Shown here: piece by piece, positions 49,618 to 61,207 of the stretch
Position numbering within the stretch: the stretch's first letter is position 1
Layout of the letters: each line of letters starts with the position of its first letter
NCBI GenBank assembly: GCA_963792965.1
Contig: CAWBYW010000007.1
Location: forward strand, 640,001 to 704,000
DNA: 64,000 nt
Source: an uncultured delta proteobacterium
GTDB lineage: Bacteria; Desulfobacterota; Zymogenia; Zymogenales; Zymogenaceae
Reading direction: 5' to 3'
Position numbers and translations under genes: made by a program
The notes under the pieces: model-generated
Databases searched by the model: none
The model's input: the letters and a program-made list of their open reading frames with translations, nothing else
Told to the model about the DNA's origin: nothing

Positions 49618-50063
49618 ATGGAAGCAGTAATTACGCTCAGGAAGGCGCACAAGGACGACATCCCGTTTATCACGCGGTGCTTCAGGAAAACGAGCTTCCC
49701 TGCAGACGACGTGCCGGAAAAGATAGACTCGCTCTTCGTCGTCCTTTCCGATCGGCGGGACGTAGGCACCGGCGGGGTGGAGCTCCTCGGCCGGTACGGG
49801 CTCCTCCGATCTCTGGCAGTCCGGCACGAGGAGCGGAACAAGGGGATATGGCGCGGCGGCCGTGCGTGGGTTGGTGCGGCACGCAAAGGAGCGGGGAGTC
49901 GAGGAGCTCTACCTGCTGACGACGGACGCGGAGGCCTTCTTCGAGAAGCTCGGGTTTGAGCGAATCGACCGGGACTCCGCACCTCTGTCCCGTCAAAGAG
50001 ACGAGCCAGTTCTCGGGCCTCTGACCAGACTCGGCCGTCCTGCTGGTCAGCAGGCTCGCGTAG
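49618..50063 (+). CDS. arsN2: ArsN2-type GNAT acetyltransferase, candidate selenoprotein (TGA 50022-50024); four apparent indels
   Basis: GGVELLGRYGLLRSLAV, LYLLTTDAEAFFEKLGF, then KETSQFSGL-TGA-PDSAVLLVSRLA-TAG, matching the family's F..LCP.SA motif. Confidence 0.75.
50039..50054 (+). promoter_or_regulatory. Putative SECIS element
   Basis: CCUGCU-GGUC-AGCAGG, a perfect stem 14 nt after the UGA. Confidence 0.6.
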
Positions 50064-50156
50064 CCTCCCATGCGCCCTTCAGAGATCCCTGGGACTGGGC
50101 AGATGATTCCCCGGGAAAAGAGCGTTCTCGTTTTTCGAGAAAGCTCTCTCTATTTC

Positions 50157-50807
50157 TCACCGCTTTTCAAGATAACGCGCGATCATCCGGGCCGTTTCCC
50201 GAAAGACGCGGTCGCGGTCGATCGGTACCTCGTAGAATAAGAGGTACTGAATAATCTCATCCATAGCTTTGTGGACGACGAGCGTTGCGGCATCGGCGTC
50301 TCTCACCTCGATTCGGTCTCCATAGCGCTCTAAGAAGGCCCCGACGATAACCTTCCGTGCCTCCCGCTCGAAGGACTCATGGACCGCCCTGATCTCGTCG
50401 TCGATGAGCGAAAGGATTACGACATCTCGCTGTATCCTGAGACGGCGTGAGAGAATTCCGGCAAACCGCTTGATGACGCGGTATATGGACTCCTCGATAT
50501 CGACGGTGTCGGAGGGGTCATCGTTGGTTTGACCCAACAACTCATCTCTGAATTCATCCGAATAAGACGCAAAGATCTCGACGAAGATATTCTTCTTATC
50601 GGAAAAATATGCATATACGGTCCCGATCGAGACTCCGGCGGCGGCCGCGATATCTCGCATTCCGACGGCATCGTACCCTCTCCGGGAAAAGAGCTCAAAG
50701 GCCGCTTCCACGATCCTCGCTTTCTTTTCCCTGGCGCGATCCTGCACCGGTGTGCGTGCGGTGCTTCTTCTTCTCCCTCCCGGTTTACCTCTATTATCCA
50801 TCTCCAC
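50157..50807 (-). CDS. TetR/AcrR-family regulator
   Basis: IVEAAFELFSRRGY..MRDIAAAAGVSIGTVYAYFSDK. Confidence 0.92.
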   Translation of the reverse strand: MEMDNRGKPGGRRRSTARTPVQDRAREKKARIVEAAFELFSRRGYDAVGMRDIAAAAGVSIGTVYAYFSDKKNIFVEIFASYSDEFRDELLGQTNDDPSDTVDIEESIYRVIKRFAGILSRRLRIQRDVVILSLIDDEIRAVHESFEREARKVIVGAFLERYGDRIEVRDADAATLVVHKAMDEIIQYLLFYEVPIDRDRVFRETARMIARYLEKR

Positions 50808-50917
50808 GACTCCATGAACGGTCTTGGCAAGACGTCATCTCCGTGAGCGACCGGTGATCATCATATCGGGTTTCCTTTCGTTTATCAAGAATAATAAGAA
50901 CCGTGTTCGCTTTTCTC

Positions 50918-50969
50918 TTGACAGAGAGAAACAGAGCGTATAGAATCATAATATGAACGCCGTTCATAT
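50918..50969 (+). promoter_or_regulatory. Hydrolase promoter and putative TetR operator
   Basis: TTGACA-N17-TAGAAT, then the palindrome ATATGAACG-C-CGTTCATAT (50951-50969) over the expected +1. Confidence 0.75.
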
Positions 50970-51019
50970 GGACCCTATTCCTCGGCTACGTCCATGCCGG
51001 GGCTCCAAAGGAGGATACC

Positions 51020-52236
51020 ATGAAACAATTCAGGCCACACGTCGGGTACCATCATTTTCACGACGAGGTGAACATGAACTTCCAACTCAATCGTGCTCTC
51101 TCGTTCGGGGAGGGCACCGCCCCCGAGATCGACGCGATTGCCCGGAGAATAAAGAACCTCGCCGATTGGAAGCGGGAGTTTCTGGGGCTTGCCCGGATGG
51201 CGGAACGCGAAGGGAGGACGGCCGTCGCCCTGTCTTCCTATCGGCTTGCCGAGTTCTACATGACCACGGGCGACCCCGACAAAGAGCGGGCATACGATCG
51301 GTTCATCGAGCTCTTCCACGATTATATGGAGGATGAATATGCGAAGGGACGCATCATCGAAGATCGTGTAACTTACCAGCGGGGATATCTTCCCGTGATG
51401 AGACTCCCGGTGACCGAGGGGAAGAAGAAGGGTACGCTTGTGGCGCACGGCGGGTACGACTCATTTATCGAGGAGCTCTACCCATTGATGACCTATTTTC
51501 GCGATCATGGATACGAAGTATACGCCTTCGAGGGGCCGGGCCAGGGGGGATGTCTCAGGAGGTACGGACTCGTGATGACTCCCGAGTGGGAAAAACCGGT
51601 CTCCGCGATCCTCGATCATTATAAGCTCGAGCGACGTGACGCTGTTGGGAATTTCGCTCGGCGGGTATCTGGCGCCCCGCGCCGGCGGCATTTGAAAAAA
51701 GAATAGCGCGAGTAATCGCCTACGACGTGATCTACGACTTCTTCGGATGCATCGCGTCGGCTCGGGGACCTCTTTTGGCGACCGTGATACGCGCCCTCAC
51801 GGCTCTGAGGGCCGCGCCGTTGCTCAATGCGATCGTCCGTGCCCGGATGAAACACGACCCCTTCGTCTCGTGGGGAGTGAGCCAAGGATACCATGTATTC
51901 GGAGTGAAAAGGCCCTACAACTATTTTAAGGAAACGATGGAATACTCGACGAAAAAGATTTCCCGCCTCGTCATCCAGGATGTCCTTTTGCTGGCCGGCA
52001 CCCACGACCATTTCGTCCCGACCGAGATGCTCTACCGCCAGGCAAAAGCGCTCACAAGCGTCCGCTCCCTGACTTGTCGTCTCTTCACCGAGGCAGAGTT
52101 CGCCCAAAGCCATTGTCAGGTCGGAAACATCGAGCTCGCGCTCTCGTGTATCGTTGCGTGGATGGACGAGATGGGGGACGAGAAAAGAAGTGAGCGGCCG
52201 ATGAATACTTCGAGAAAGATTCGTTCACTCCGTTGA
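51020..52236 (+). CDS. Alpha/beta hydrolase (FrsA / dihydroxypseudooxynicotine hydrolase-like), indels near 51631 and 51684
   Basis: GGYDS, FEGPGQG, repaired GISLGG nucleophile elbow, HCQVGN. Confidence 0.85.
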
Positions 52237-52258
52237 GGGCCGCGAGGAGCAACAAATG

Positions 52259-52285
52259 AAAACGGGGGGCGCATGCCCCCCCGTT
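52259..52285 (-). terminator. Intrinsic terminator between convergent genes
   Basis: AACGGGGGG..CCCCCCGTT stem with a short U tract on the minus strand. Confidence 0.6.
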
Positions 52286-52308
52286 GTGTCTATCCTGAAT
52301 CTTCCTCG

Positions 52309-54764
52309 TTACAGCCCGAGATCTTCCTTCCAGAAGCGGCTCCCCTCAGAGGGCCGGCCGTAGTCGCCGCCCTCGCTCGGAAGGCTGTCGGACTTGAAGC
52401 ATTCGATCACCGAGCCCATCGACTCATCGGTGACGACCCCTCCCGTTTCCGGGTCGACCCGCTCAAAGACGACGCCCTCCGGGACCGGGAAGCTCTCCAC
52501 CGGCATACCCTTGACCGCCTCCACCATGTAGTTGAGCCAGATGGGGGCGGCGGCCATCGCTCCGGTCTCGTTGTGGCCGATCGTCTTTTCATCGTCGAAC
52601 CCGACCCAGACGCCGGTCGTCAGCTGGGGAACGTATCCCATGAACCAGGCGTCGACGAACTCATCGGTCGTCCCGGTCTTTCCCGGCACAGGGCCGCCCG
52701 ATGGCCGCAACGCGCGAGCCGGTCCCGCTCTGCACGACGCTTTCCATGAGGCTCGTCATGATGTACGCGGTGGCGGGGGAAATAACCGGCTCCGATTTGG
52801 GGAGATTCTCCTCGAGGACCTTTCCGTCACGATCGACGATCTTGGTGACATAGATCGGCTGGACGCGGTTACCCTGATCGTTGAAGACGCAGTAGACGTT
52901 GGTGAGCTCCAGAGAGCGAAACGCCCACCGAGCCGAGCGCAAGCGAGGGCACCGGATCAAGCGGCGACGTGATGCCGAGCCGTTTGGCGTAGTCCACGAC
53001 GTAGTCGGGGCCGATATCCATGATGATCTTTACCGTTACGATATTGCGGGAGAGCATCAGCGCCTTACGGAACGTGGTTGGTCCGTAGAACTCCCCGTCA
53101 TAGTTCTTCGGCTTCCAGACGCCTCCCCGCGAGTACTTATCCCGATAGACAACCGGGGAGTCATAGATAACCGTGGCCGGGGTGTATCCCTTGTCGAGGG
53201 CCGCCGAATAAATGATCGGCTTGAACGAAGAGCCGGGCTGCCGCCGCCCCTGTACGCACCGATTGAATTCGCTCCGGCCAAAGTCATACCCGCCCACCAT
53301 GACCCGGACGTACCCGGTATCGGGCTCCATCGCAAAAACCGCGCCTTCAACGAGGGGTTCCTGGTCCAGCGCAAGCCGGTACTGGCCACTGGCGTCGTCG
53401 CGGCTTTTGATCGAAACGAGGATAATGTCCCCCTTCTTAAGGGCCGAAGACGGTTTCGAAATGCTGTAGGAGTAGACGTCCGGGTTGAACTCCCGCGCCC
53501 AGCTCATGTCCGAAAGGGCGATGGTTCCGGTGAAGTTGCCCAGATCGACGGTGACGAGGTTCTTTGAATCGTCCACCTTGGTCACGAGTCCCTTATAGGT
53601 CGATCCGATCACCAGCGGTTTCGTTCCATATTGTTCCTGGAGTCCGGTGACAAATTTCTGGGCGTCCTCTCCCGATACGTTGTCCGCGGCTCCCCTCCAC
53701 CCCTGGCGCTTGTCAAGCTCCTTGAGACCTTTTCTCAGGGCGACGAGGGCCGATTTGTGCATATCCGCGTCGGCGGTGGTGTAGACCGAGAGCCCCTCCC
53801 GATAGAGGACCGTCGATCCATATTTGTCCTCGATGTATCGACGAACATATTCCGAAAAGTACGGGCATTTCTCCCTGGTAGGGCTTTCGATCGGCTTGAG
53901 GGAGATAGGCGCCTTGAGCGCCTCCTCGATCTCCTTGTTGTTGATGAAGTTTTCCTTGACCATCATCGACAGGACGTAACGCTGCCGCTCCTTGGCCTTT
54001 TCCCAATGTTTATAGGGGGAGAAGCTGTCCGGCGCCTTGGGAAGCCCCGCCAGCAGCGCACATTCGGCCAGATTGAGCTGGTCGACCGGCTTTCCAAAAT
54101 AGACCTCCGAGGCCGCCTCAACCCCATAAGCGCCGTAGCCCAAGTAGATCTGGTTAAGGTAGAGGTAGAGGATCTCCTCCTTCGTCAGGTAGTTTTCAAT
54201 GCGGTAGGCAAGGATCGCCTCCTTGATTTTGCGCGTGAAATCGACGTTAGGCGTCAACAGGAGCGTCTTGATAAGCTGCTGGGTGATGGTGCTGCCGCCT
54301 TCTACGATCCGTCCCGCTTCGAGATTGTGGATGAAGGCGCGGATGATCCCGCGGATGTCTATCCCCGGGTGCCTGAAAAAGCCGCCGTCTTCCGCGGCGA
54401 CAAACGCCAGCACCAGCGTCTTAGGTATCTTATCGTAGGAGACGACGACCCTCCGCTCTACGAAGTATTCGCCGATCAGATCGCCCTTATCTCCGTAGAT
54501 CTTTGTAATGATACTCGGTCGGTAATCCTTAAGCGCGGTGCCGCTCGGGAGGTCACGCGAGAAAAAGAGATAGACTCCGAGGAAGATAGAGGAGGTAAGC
54601 ACCAGAAAGACGAGGGTTATGAACAGAAAGATAACGAGAGCCATCTTCCTCTTCTGGGTCTTGCTGTCCGCAAGCATCATCAGGCTCTCTTCCGACGTCT
54701 TGTAGCCCTTGTCTCTAAACATGGTGAATCGGGGGAATTTCGCTTTAACGTTCAATTTTATCAC
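52309..54764 (-). CDS. mrcA: Penicillin-binding protein 1A (indels near 52912 and 52682)
   Basis: AAED, GGSTITQQ, RKIKE, YLNQIYLG, QPGSSFKP (SxxK), SRN, GKTGTT, spread over three frames. Confidence 0.92.
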
Positions 54765-54833
54765 TCAATCCGTAACATTTCAATCATATAGTTCGACACA
54801 TACGCCGCCACGAGGTTCCGAAAAACAGAGCGA

Positions 54834-55814
54834 TCACAGCATTTTCTCTACGAAGGCCTTGCTCCGAAGCTCTTTCATCCACTGCTCGAAGTAGCCCATC
54901 GTTCTTTCCCGCTTGATGGCCTCAATGATCTCGGGCTTCACGTCTTCGACCGTGACGCTTTCGATAGGCTTGGAATCCGTGACCTTAAAAAGGAGGAACC
55001 CGTTTCCGGTGGCGACCACGTCGCTGACCTGGCCGGTCTTCATGGTGCCGAGCAGGGCCGCAAAGCCGGGGTCGAGAGTCGTGGAATTGATGAAGCCCAT
55101 GTCGCCGCCCTTATCGGCGTCAGGAGCCGCCGAATATTCGCTGGCCATCGCCTCAAAGCTCGCTCCCGCTCGTATTTTCTTCATTACCATATCGGCCTTC
55201 TTCCCGACCTCGGCCACCGCATCGCTGGTTGCGTCCGCGGGAACCGGGAAGACGATTTCGCTGATGCGAAACTGCTTGCGGCCCGCGAACTCCGCCTTAT
55301 GTTCGTCAAAATACTTCGCGATCTCATCGTCGGTTACGATGATGTGAGTAGCAAGCTTTCGGCCGATCAGCCTCTCCTTCTTGATCGAGTATTCGACTTC
55401 TTTTCGATACTCCTGATAGGTCTTGCCCTCTTTGGCCAGGAGATCCATGAGGTCCTGTCTGTTAAGTCCCTTCATCTTCAGCTGCTCGGCGATGGCCCGA
55501 TCCACATCGATCTCGGTAATATCCAGTCCGTATCCCTTGACGGCCTGATCGAGGAGCTTCCTCAGGATGAGCTGCTCAAGCACGATATCCCGGGCCTCTT
55601 TGACGGTCATCCCGTTCTTGAGAACGGTGGAAGGCTCGCCCTGAACGTTACTGCCGCCTTCGGAGAGGAGTTCGCTCATCGTGATTACGTCATCGTTGAC
55701 AATCGCGATCACCCTATCATTGACATCGGCGGCGTTGACACCCTTGGCAAAGAAGGCCCCGAGCAAGAGCGCCGCGCCTACCGGAACGTATCTGAGGAGA
55801 GTACTTCTTTTCAT
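54834..55814 (-). CDS. SurA-like peptidyl-prolyl isomerase
   Basis: RVIAIVNDDVIT.SEL, FEAMASEYS..GGDMG. Confidence 0.85.
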   Translation of the reverse strand: MKRSTLLRYVPVGAALLLGAFFAKGVNAADVNDRVIAIVNDDVITMSELLSEGGSNVQGEPSTVLKNGMTVKEARDIVLEQLILRKLLDQAVKGYGLDITEIDVDRAIAEQLKMKGLNRQDLMDLLAKEGKTYQEYRKEVEYSIKKERLIGRKLATHIIVTDDEIAKYFDEHKAEFAGRKQFRISEIVFPVPADATSDAVAEVGKKADMVMKKIRAGASFEAMASEYSAAPDADKGGDMGFINSTTLDPGFAALLGTMKTGQVSDVVATGNGFLLFKVTDSKPIESVTVEDVKPEIIEAIKRERTMGYFEQWMKELRSKAFVEKML

Positions 55815-55848
55815 CTCACGAGCCTCCAATAGTTGTATCTATCTTTCG

Positions 55849-56826
55849 CTACATCTTTATCTTCTCAAGGACCGATGGATTTATCTCGATCTTCTTGTTC
55901 TTCCTCATCCCTTCGAACCACGCCGCGTATTTTTCTTCCTTCTTGGCACGTTTGAGCTTTTCTTCGATCTCGGGCCGTGCCTCTTCGAGGGTGAGCACCT
56001 TGGCTTCCCGCCGATCGATGACCTTGAAGATGTGAAAGCCATACTCGCTCTCGATCACCCCTGACATCTCCCCCGGCTTCATGGAAAAGACGACGGAGAA
56101 TGCGGGGGGCATTTCGTCCTGGCTGAAGTATCCGAGGTCGCCACCCTTCTCAGAGTCCGGTGAGATGGAATAGGTCTTGGCAAGCTCCGAGAAATCCGCC
56201 CCGCCCTTGATCTTATCGAGGATGGTCTGGGCCTGATCTTTGGTCTCGACCATTATCTGAAGCGCCTTGACACGCGTGGGGGCGTTATACTGATCCTGAT
56301 TATCCTTATAGTATTTTTCGATCTCTTCCGGCGTTACCGAAATATCGTTGCCCGCCACGGCCGACACCAGTTTATTGAGCATGATCTGATACTGGATCTC
56401 CTTCTTCCACGCCTCGGGGTCGATCTTCTCCTCTTTCATTCTCGAGGCAAAGGCGTTTGAATCCGGGTAATCGCCCACGATCTTCTTGATCTGCTCGTTG
56501 ATTTCCGCGTCGGAGACCGTAATGCCCATCTTTTGCGCCTCGGATGTGAGGAGCTTTTTCTCGATAAGCTGATTGAGCAGGTTCACTTTCAGGGTCTTGG
56601 CCCCTTCGGCGTTGAGGGATTCGCCCGGGGGAAGCTGCGCCTTCAGCTTTTCGAGGCCCGATTTGTATTCGGAGAGGGTAATCGTGGCACCGTCCACCGT
56701 TGCGAGGACTTCATCGCCCTGGCCTTCTTTTTCCCGCAGACCACAGCCGAACAAAAGCGTGAAGCCAAGCGGGATCAGGATCAGGATAATGGGAACGAGT
56801 CTCATTTGTTTCATGGATCTTCTCAC
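55849..56826 (-). CDS. PrsA-like parvulin PPIase lipoprotein
   Basis: LFGC lipobox, FSELAKTYS..GGDLGYF, YGFHIF. Confidence 0.88.
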   Translation of the reverse strand: MRRSMKQMRLVPIILILIPLGFTLLFGCGLREKEGQGDEVLATVDGATITLSEYKSGLEKLKAQLPPGESLNAEGAKTLKVNLLNQLIEKKLLTSEAQKMGITVSDAEINEQIKKIVGDYPDSNAFASRMKEEKIDPEAWKKEIQYQIMLNKLVSAVAGNDISVTPEEIEKYYKDNQDQYNAPTRVKALQIMVETKDQAQTILDKIKGGADFSELAKTYSISPDSEKGGDLGYFSQDEMPPAFSVVFSMKPGEMSGVIESEYGFHIFKVIDRREAKVLTLEEARPEIEEKLKRAKKEEKYAAWFEGMRKNKKIEINPSVLEKIKM

Positions 56827-57653
56827 AATTTCTTTAAGCGGTCTTCATCTATCTCTATCGTAATTCCCTTTTCAAGCTTCTTGACAAAGTTCTCGAAGAA
56901 CTGTTTCTCTTTTTGGTCGGCAATGAGCTGCCGTATTTTCTTGGCCGCCTCCTCATACGGGACGGTCTTTATCATCTTGGGTCTGTCCAGACGGATGATG
57001 TGAAATCCGAAATCGGTCTCGATAATGGGACTGATGTCTCCCGGTTTCTTCAGTGAAAAGAGCGCGTCCTCAAATTCGGGGATCATCTGACCCCGCGTGA
57101 TTTCGCCGATGCTTCCCCCCGACTCCGCCCCCGGGCCTATGGAAAACTTCTTCGCCAGCTCGGAAAAGCTCTCGCCCCTTTTGAGGAGCGCCATGATCAT
57201 CTCCGCGTCCTGACGGGTCCTCACCACAATGTAGCTTGCCTCCACCGTCTCCGTCGTGAATTGCCCCTTGTGGGTGTCGTAATATTCCCTTATCTCCTTA
57301 TCGCTGACGACGGTCTCTCCCTCGAACTGACGGTTAAGAAGTTCGCTGATGAGGAGGTTGCGCCGGTAGTTTTCGATCTTATATCGAATCTCCTCATTGT
57401 TTTGCAGCCCGAGACGCAACGCTTCCTGCAACAGAAGCTCTCGGACGATGATCTTATTGAGGAATTCCTTCTTATCTTCAATTGTCCTGAGGGCATTTCT
57501 CTGGGCCTCGGGAAGATTGTCCTTCTCCCAGAGGTATTCATCCACGGTGATCGTATGACCGTCAAAGCGAGCCAATACCTTGTCTTTGCTGCATCCCGCA
57601 ACGTAGAGCAAGAGAAAAATGACAAAAAATAGCTTCAGAGCCCTGCGATCCAT
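56823..57653 (-). CDS. PpiC-type PPIase lipoprotein
   Basis: VAGC lipobox, GQMIPEFE, FGFHII. Confidence 0.88.
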   Translation of the reverse strand: MDRRALKLFFVIFLLLYVAGCSKDKVLARFDGHTITVDEYLWEKDNLPEAQRNALRTIEDKKEFLNKIIVRELLLQEALRLGLQNNEEIRYKIENYRRNLLISELLNRQFEGETVVSDKEIREYYDTHKGQFTTETVEASYIVVRTRQDAEMIMALLKRGESFSELAKKFSIGPGAESGGSIGEITRGQMIPEFEDALFSLKKPGDISPIIETDFGFHIIRLDRPKMIKTVPYEEAAKKIRQLIADQKEKQFFENFVKKLEKGITIEIDEDRLKKL

Positions 57654-57676
57654 AGGATCCTATTTAGGGAAATTCC

Positions 57677-60600
57677 TTAAAGTGTAACATACTGAGACAG
57701 TCTCTGCAATACATTTCTCAGAGCGCCTAAAAGCTCGCCCTTTGCCGCCAGTTGTGCGCGATATTTGAGCGTTCCGTCCGGGGTAATCGCGAATAGATGG
57801 GGGGATTCTTTTACGAGAGCGACAATTCCCTCCGTATCGATCCGAGCCTTCTCGTGAAACGTTATCGTGACGACCCCCTTTCGATGTTTCATCCCGGTGA
57901 TCGTTGCCGCACGCGCGAGCGTTTTGAGCTCCATGAGATCGATGAGGTTTTTCACCTCCATCGGCGGAGGTCCGAACCGGTCGATGATCTCTGCAGCTAT
58001 CTCCTTCAGGTACGTTGTGTTCTTGGTCCCGATCAATCGCCGATAGATGCCGAGGCGAACGTCGGAATCGGAAATATAGTCCGAGGGAATATAGGCGGAA
58101 AGAGGTATCACGATCTCCGGATCGATCTCGACGGGGACGCTCTCTCCCTTGATCTCCAACAGCGCTTCCTCGACCATCTCTTTATACATCTCGTAACCGA
58201 CGGCATTGATGTGTCCCGATTGGTCGGCGCCAAGCAAGTTTCCCGCACCCCTGATCTCGAGGTCATATTCGGCGATCTTGAGCCCCGAGCCGAGCTCAGT
58301 GAACTCGCTGATGACCTTGAGCCTTTTTTTTGCGTCGGCGGTCATCGAGAGCGACCCCGGCACGAGGAGATAGGCGTATGCGCGGACGGTTGAGCGGCCG
58401 ACCCGTCCGCGAATCTGATAGAGCTGCGCCAGGCCGAACATATCGGCGCGGTTGATGATGATCGTATTGGCCGATGGGATGTCAAGACCCGATTCGATGA
58501 TGGCGGTCGAAAGGAGCATATCGATTTTCTTGTCAACAAAGTCGAGCATCACGCGCTCCAGCTCATGCTCGTCCATCTGGCCGTGGGCAACGCCGATCCT
58601 GACCTCGGGCACGAGGCGTTCGAGGAATTTCCTGATCGCCGGCATGCTTCTTATGCGGTTGTGGACAAAGAAGACCTGCCCGGAGCGGGATATTTCCCGC
58701 GTGATCGCTTCTTTAATCACCTCCGGGTCAAACTCCGACACGTAGGTCTTAACGGAGAGACGATTGGGCGGCGGGGTATTGATGATGGAGATGTCCCGTA
58801 TGCCCATGACGGACATCGACAGGGTTCGCGGTATCGGCGTCGCGGTCATCGTCAACACATCGAGCTGCGTCTTTATTTTGACGATCTTTTCTTTGTGGGC
58901 GACCCCGAACCGATGTTCTTCGTCGACGATAAGGAGGCCGAGGTTCGAGAAATGGATATCCTTGCTGAGGAGTCGGTGGGTCCCGATTACGATATCGACC
59001 GTGCCGGCCGCAAGTCCCTCAATGACCTCCTGCTGCTCTTTCTTGGTGAGAAACCGGGAGAGCATTCGCACCTCTATGGGCCAGTCGCGAAATCGTTCCC
59101 TGAAAGAATTGAAATGCTGTTCGGCAAGGATCGTGGTCGGCACGATCAGCGCCACCTGCTTATGATCCATGACGGCGATGAACGCGGCCCGCATCGCTAC
59201 CTCGGTCTTTCCGTAACCCACGTCGCCGGCGACCAGCCGGTCCATCGGGGTGGGGCTTGTCATATCGGCGATGATGTCTTTCACGGCGGACAGCTGATCG
59301 GGCGTCTCCTCGAACGCAAAGAGCGCCTCGAATTCCGAGAAATCGTCCCCCGGTCTTGAAAAGTGGTGCCCGGGGAGCGCCTTGCGCGCCGCGTAAAGCC
59401 GCGCGAGCTCACACGCCATGGCGAAGATCTCAACCCTCACCCTCTTCTTGGATTTTTCCCAGGCACCGCTCCCGAGCTTGTTGAGTATCGGCGGCTTGCC
59501 GTCGGCCCCACGGTAACGGTGGATGAGGGAAAGCTTATCTATCGGGATGTAGAGTCGATCATCTTCATCATACACCAGGTGGATGAAATCTCCGGTGATC
59601 CCCATCACCGTGAGATTAGCCAGGCCGATATATTTTCCGACGCCGAAGCGGGTATGCACCACGAAGTCACCGGGGACAAGGGAATCGGTGGTATCGATGG
59701 CGTCGCCCATCTGGGGCTGCCTCGGCTTCCTTATTTTTATCTTTGTGCCGAAGATCTCTTCTTCGGTGATCACCACAAGACCGCGCGCCGGGTCTTCGAA
59801 ACCTTCCCGCAAGGCGCCGATGAGGATTTCGGCACCGGGCCCTCCGGAAACGAAGCGGGCCAGCGACTTGTCCGATACTTCGATATCTACCCCGTGTGCC
59901 GCAAGGAGGTTTCTCATCCGCTCTCCCTGGGCGGGCGTGATGCAGATGAAGGCGGCGCTCCCGCCCCCTTCCCGCGTCTCGGTAATCTTCTTGACGAGAG
60001 GGGAGAGAATAGTCTGGCCTTTCCTGCTCCTGTCGATTTTGGCGCGAAGCTCCCGGTGATCGGCGGAGATGGCAGTGATAAGGGTGTCCGCCGGAGAGGT
60101 GCGGATTGGGTTGAGCTCGATCATCTTCATGGCGGCCAGCGCCCGCCGTGTCTCATCGGGAGCAACGAACAGCTCCTCTGGAGGCGGCACCGTCTCCTTT
60201 CTCTCAAGCGCCCGTTCGTAGTTGCCCTGAGCCTCGATGAAGTACTTTTCGGCCTCATCCCACACGACTTCCGGCTCGTCGACGAAGACCATGCACCCCG
60301 TGGGGAGGTAGTCGAAGACTGTTTGCAGCCGGCCGTAAAACGCGCCCAATGCCCAGAGGAGGCCGGGTCCGACCCGGTAGCCCTCGAGCTCCTGGGCCGT
60401 CTCCCTGATCCGTCTGATCGGGGTGTCGATCTCGGCGCCCCGCTGTCTGACCCAGCGTATCGCCCTCTTGAGGGCGTCTTCGGTGAGGATCACTTCAGAC
60501 ACGGGGATGACCTCCTGCGCGGTAATCTCCCCGATGGATCGCTGCGTGAATGGATCAAAGATCCTGAGGGACTCGATCGTATCGCCGACAAGCTCCACCC

Positions 60601-61170
60601 TGACGGGGTTGGACCCGTTCGGACAGAAAAGATCGAGAATCCCTCCCCTCGTCGAGAAATCGCCGGGGGTGGTCACGAGGCTTGTCTGAACGTAGCCGGA
60701 TTGCATGAGATGCGCGATGATCGATTCTCGAGTCCTTTCGTGGCCGACCGTGAGCATGAGACGTGACGCGATCAGGCTCGTCTTCGGCATGACCCGTGTC
60801 ATGAGCGAGCCGATGGGGGAAGCCAGGACGAAACGGGGCGCTGCCCCGGCAAGCGAAAAGAGGGTGCTTATCCTTGTAATCGACGTATCCAACAGGGGGG
60901 TAAGCCGCTCGTAAGGGGCCAGACCCCAGGAGGGGAAGGCGAGCATGGTATGGCCCGAAGGGGCGTCCCGGATATAGAACTCAAGGTCCTCGCAAACCTG
61001 ATCGAATCGCTTCTCGGTCGTGATGAAAAGGGCGGGAGTCTTCAGGCGAATTGACGCGTCGGCCGCGAGGTACTCGGCAGACGAGCCCGAAAGCCCGGTG
61101 ACCTTCAGGCCCGTCTTTGTCCCCCCGATCTTCTCAACGGCCTGGTCTAAACTTTCTTCTCTTCTTCCAT
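57677..61170 (-). CDS. mfd: Transcription-repair coupling factor (true ATG likely 61170 with one base missing near 61160)
   Basis: RGGILD, GDVGYGKTEVA, DEEH, TATPIPRTL, QIRGRVGRS. The frame is open upstream of 60946 (VTGLSGS). Confidence 0.95.
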
Positions 61171-61207
61171 AGAGGTGTGTGTGGGCAATGCGGGAGTGGG
61201 CGCGGCA

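Noticed and set aside
52661-52960. Programmed frameshifting in PBP1A or other split genes
   Set aside because: No consistent slippery sequence; indels are scattered across unrelated genes and are best explained as sequencing errors.
54834-57653. Three tandem parvulin PPIases
   Set aside because: An mfd-PPIase-SurA arrangement is ordinary housekeeping context in this group.
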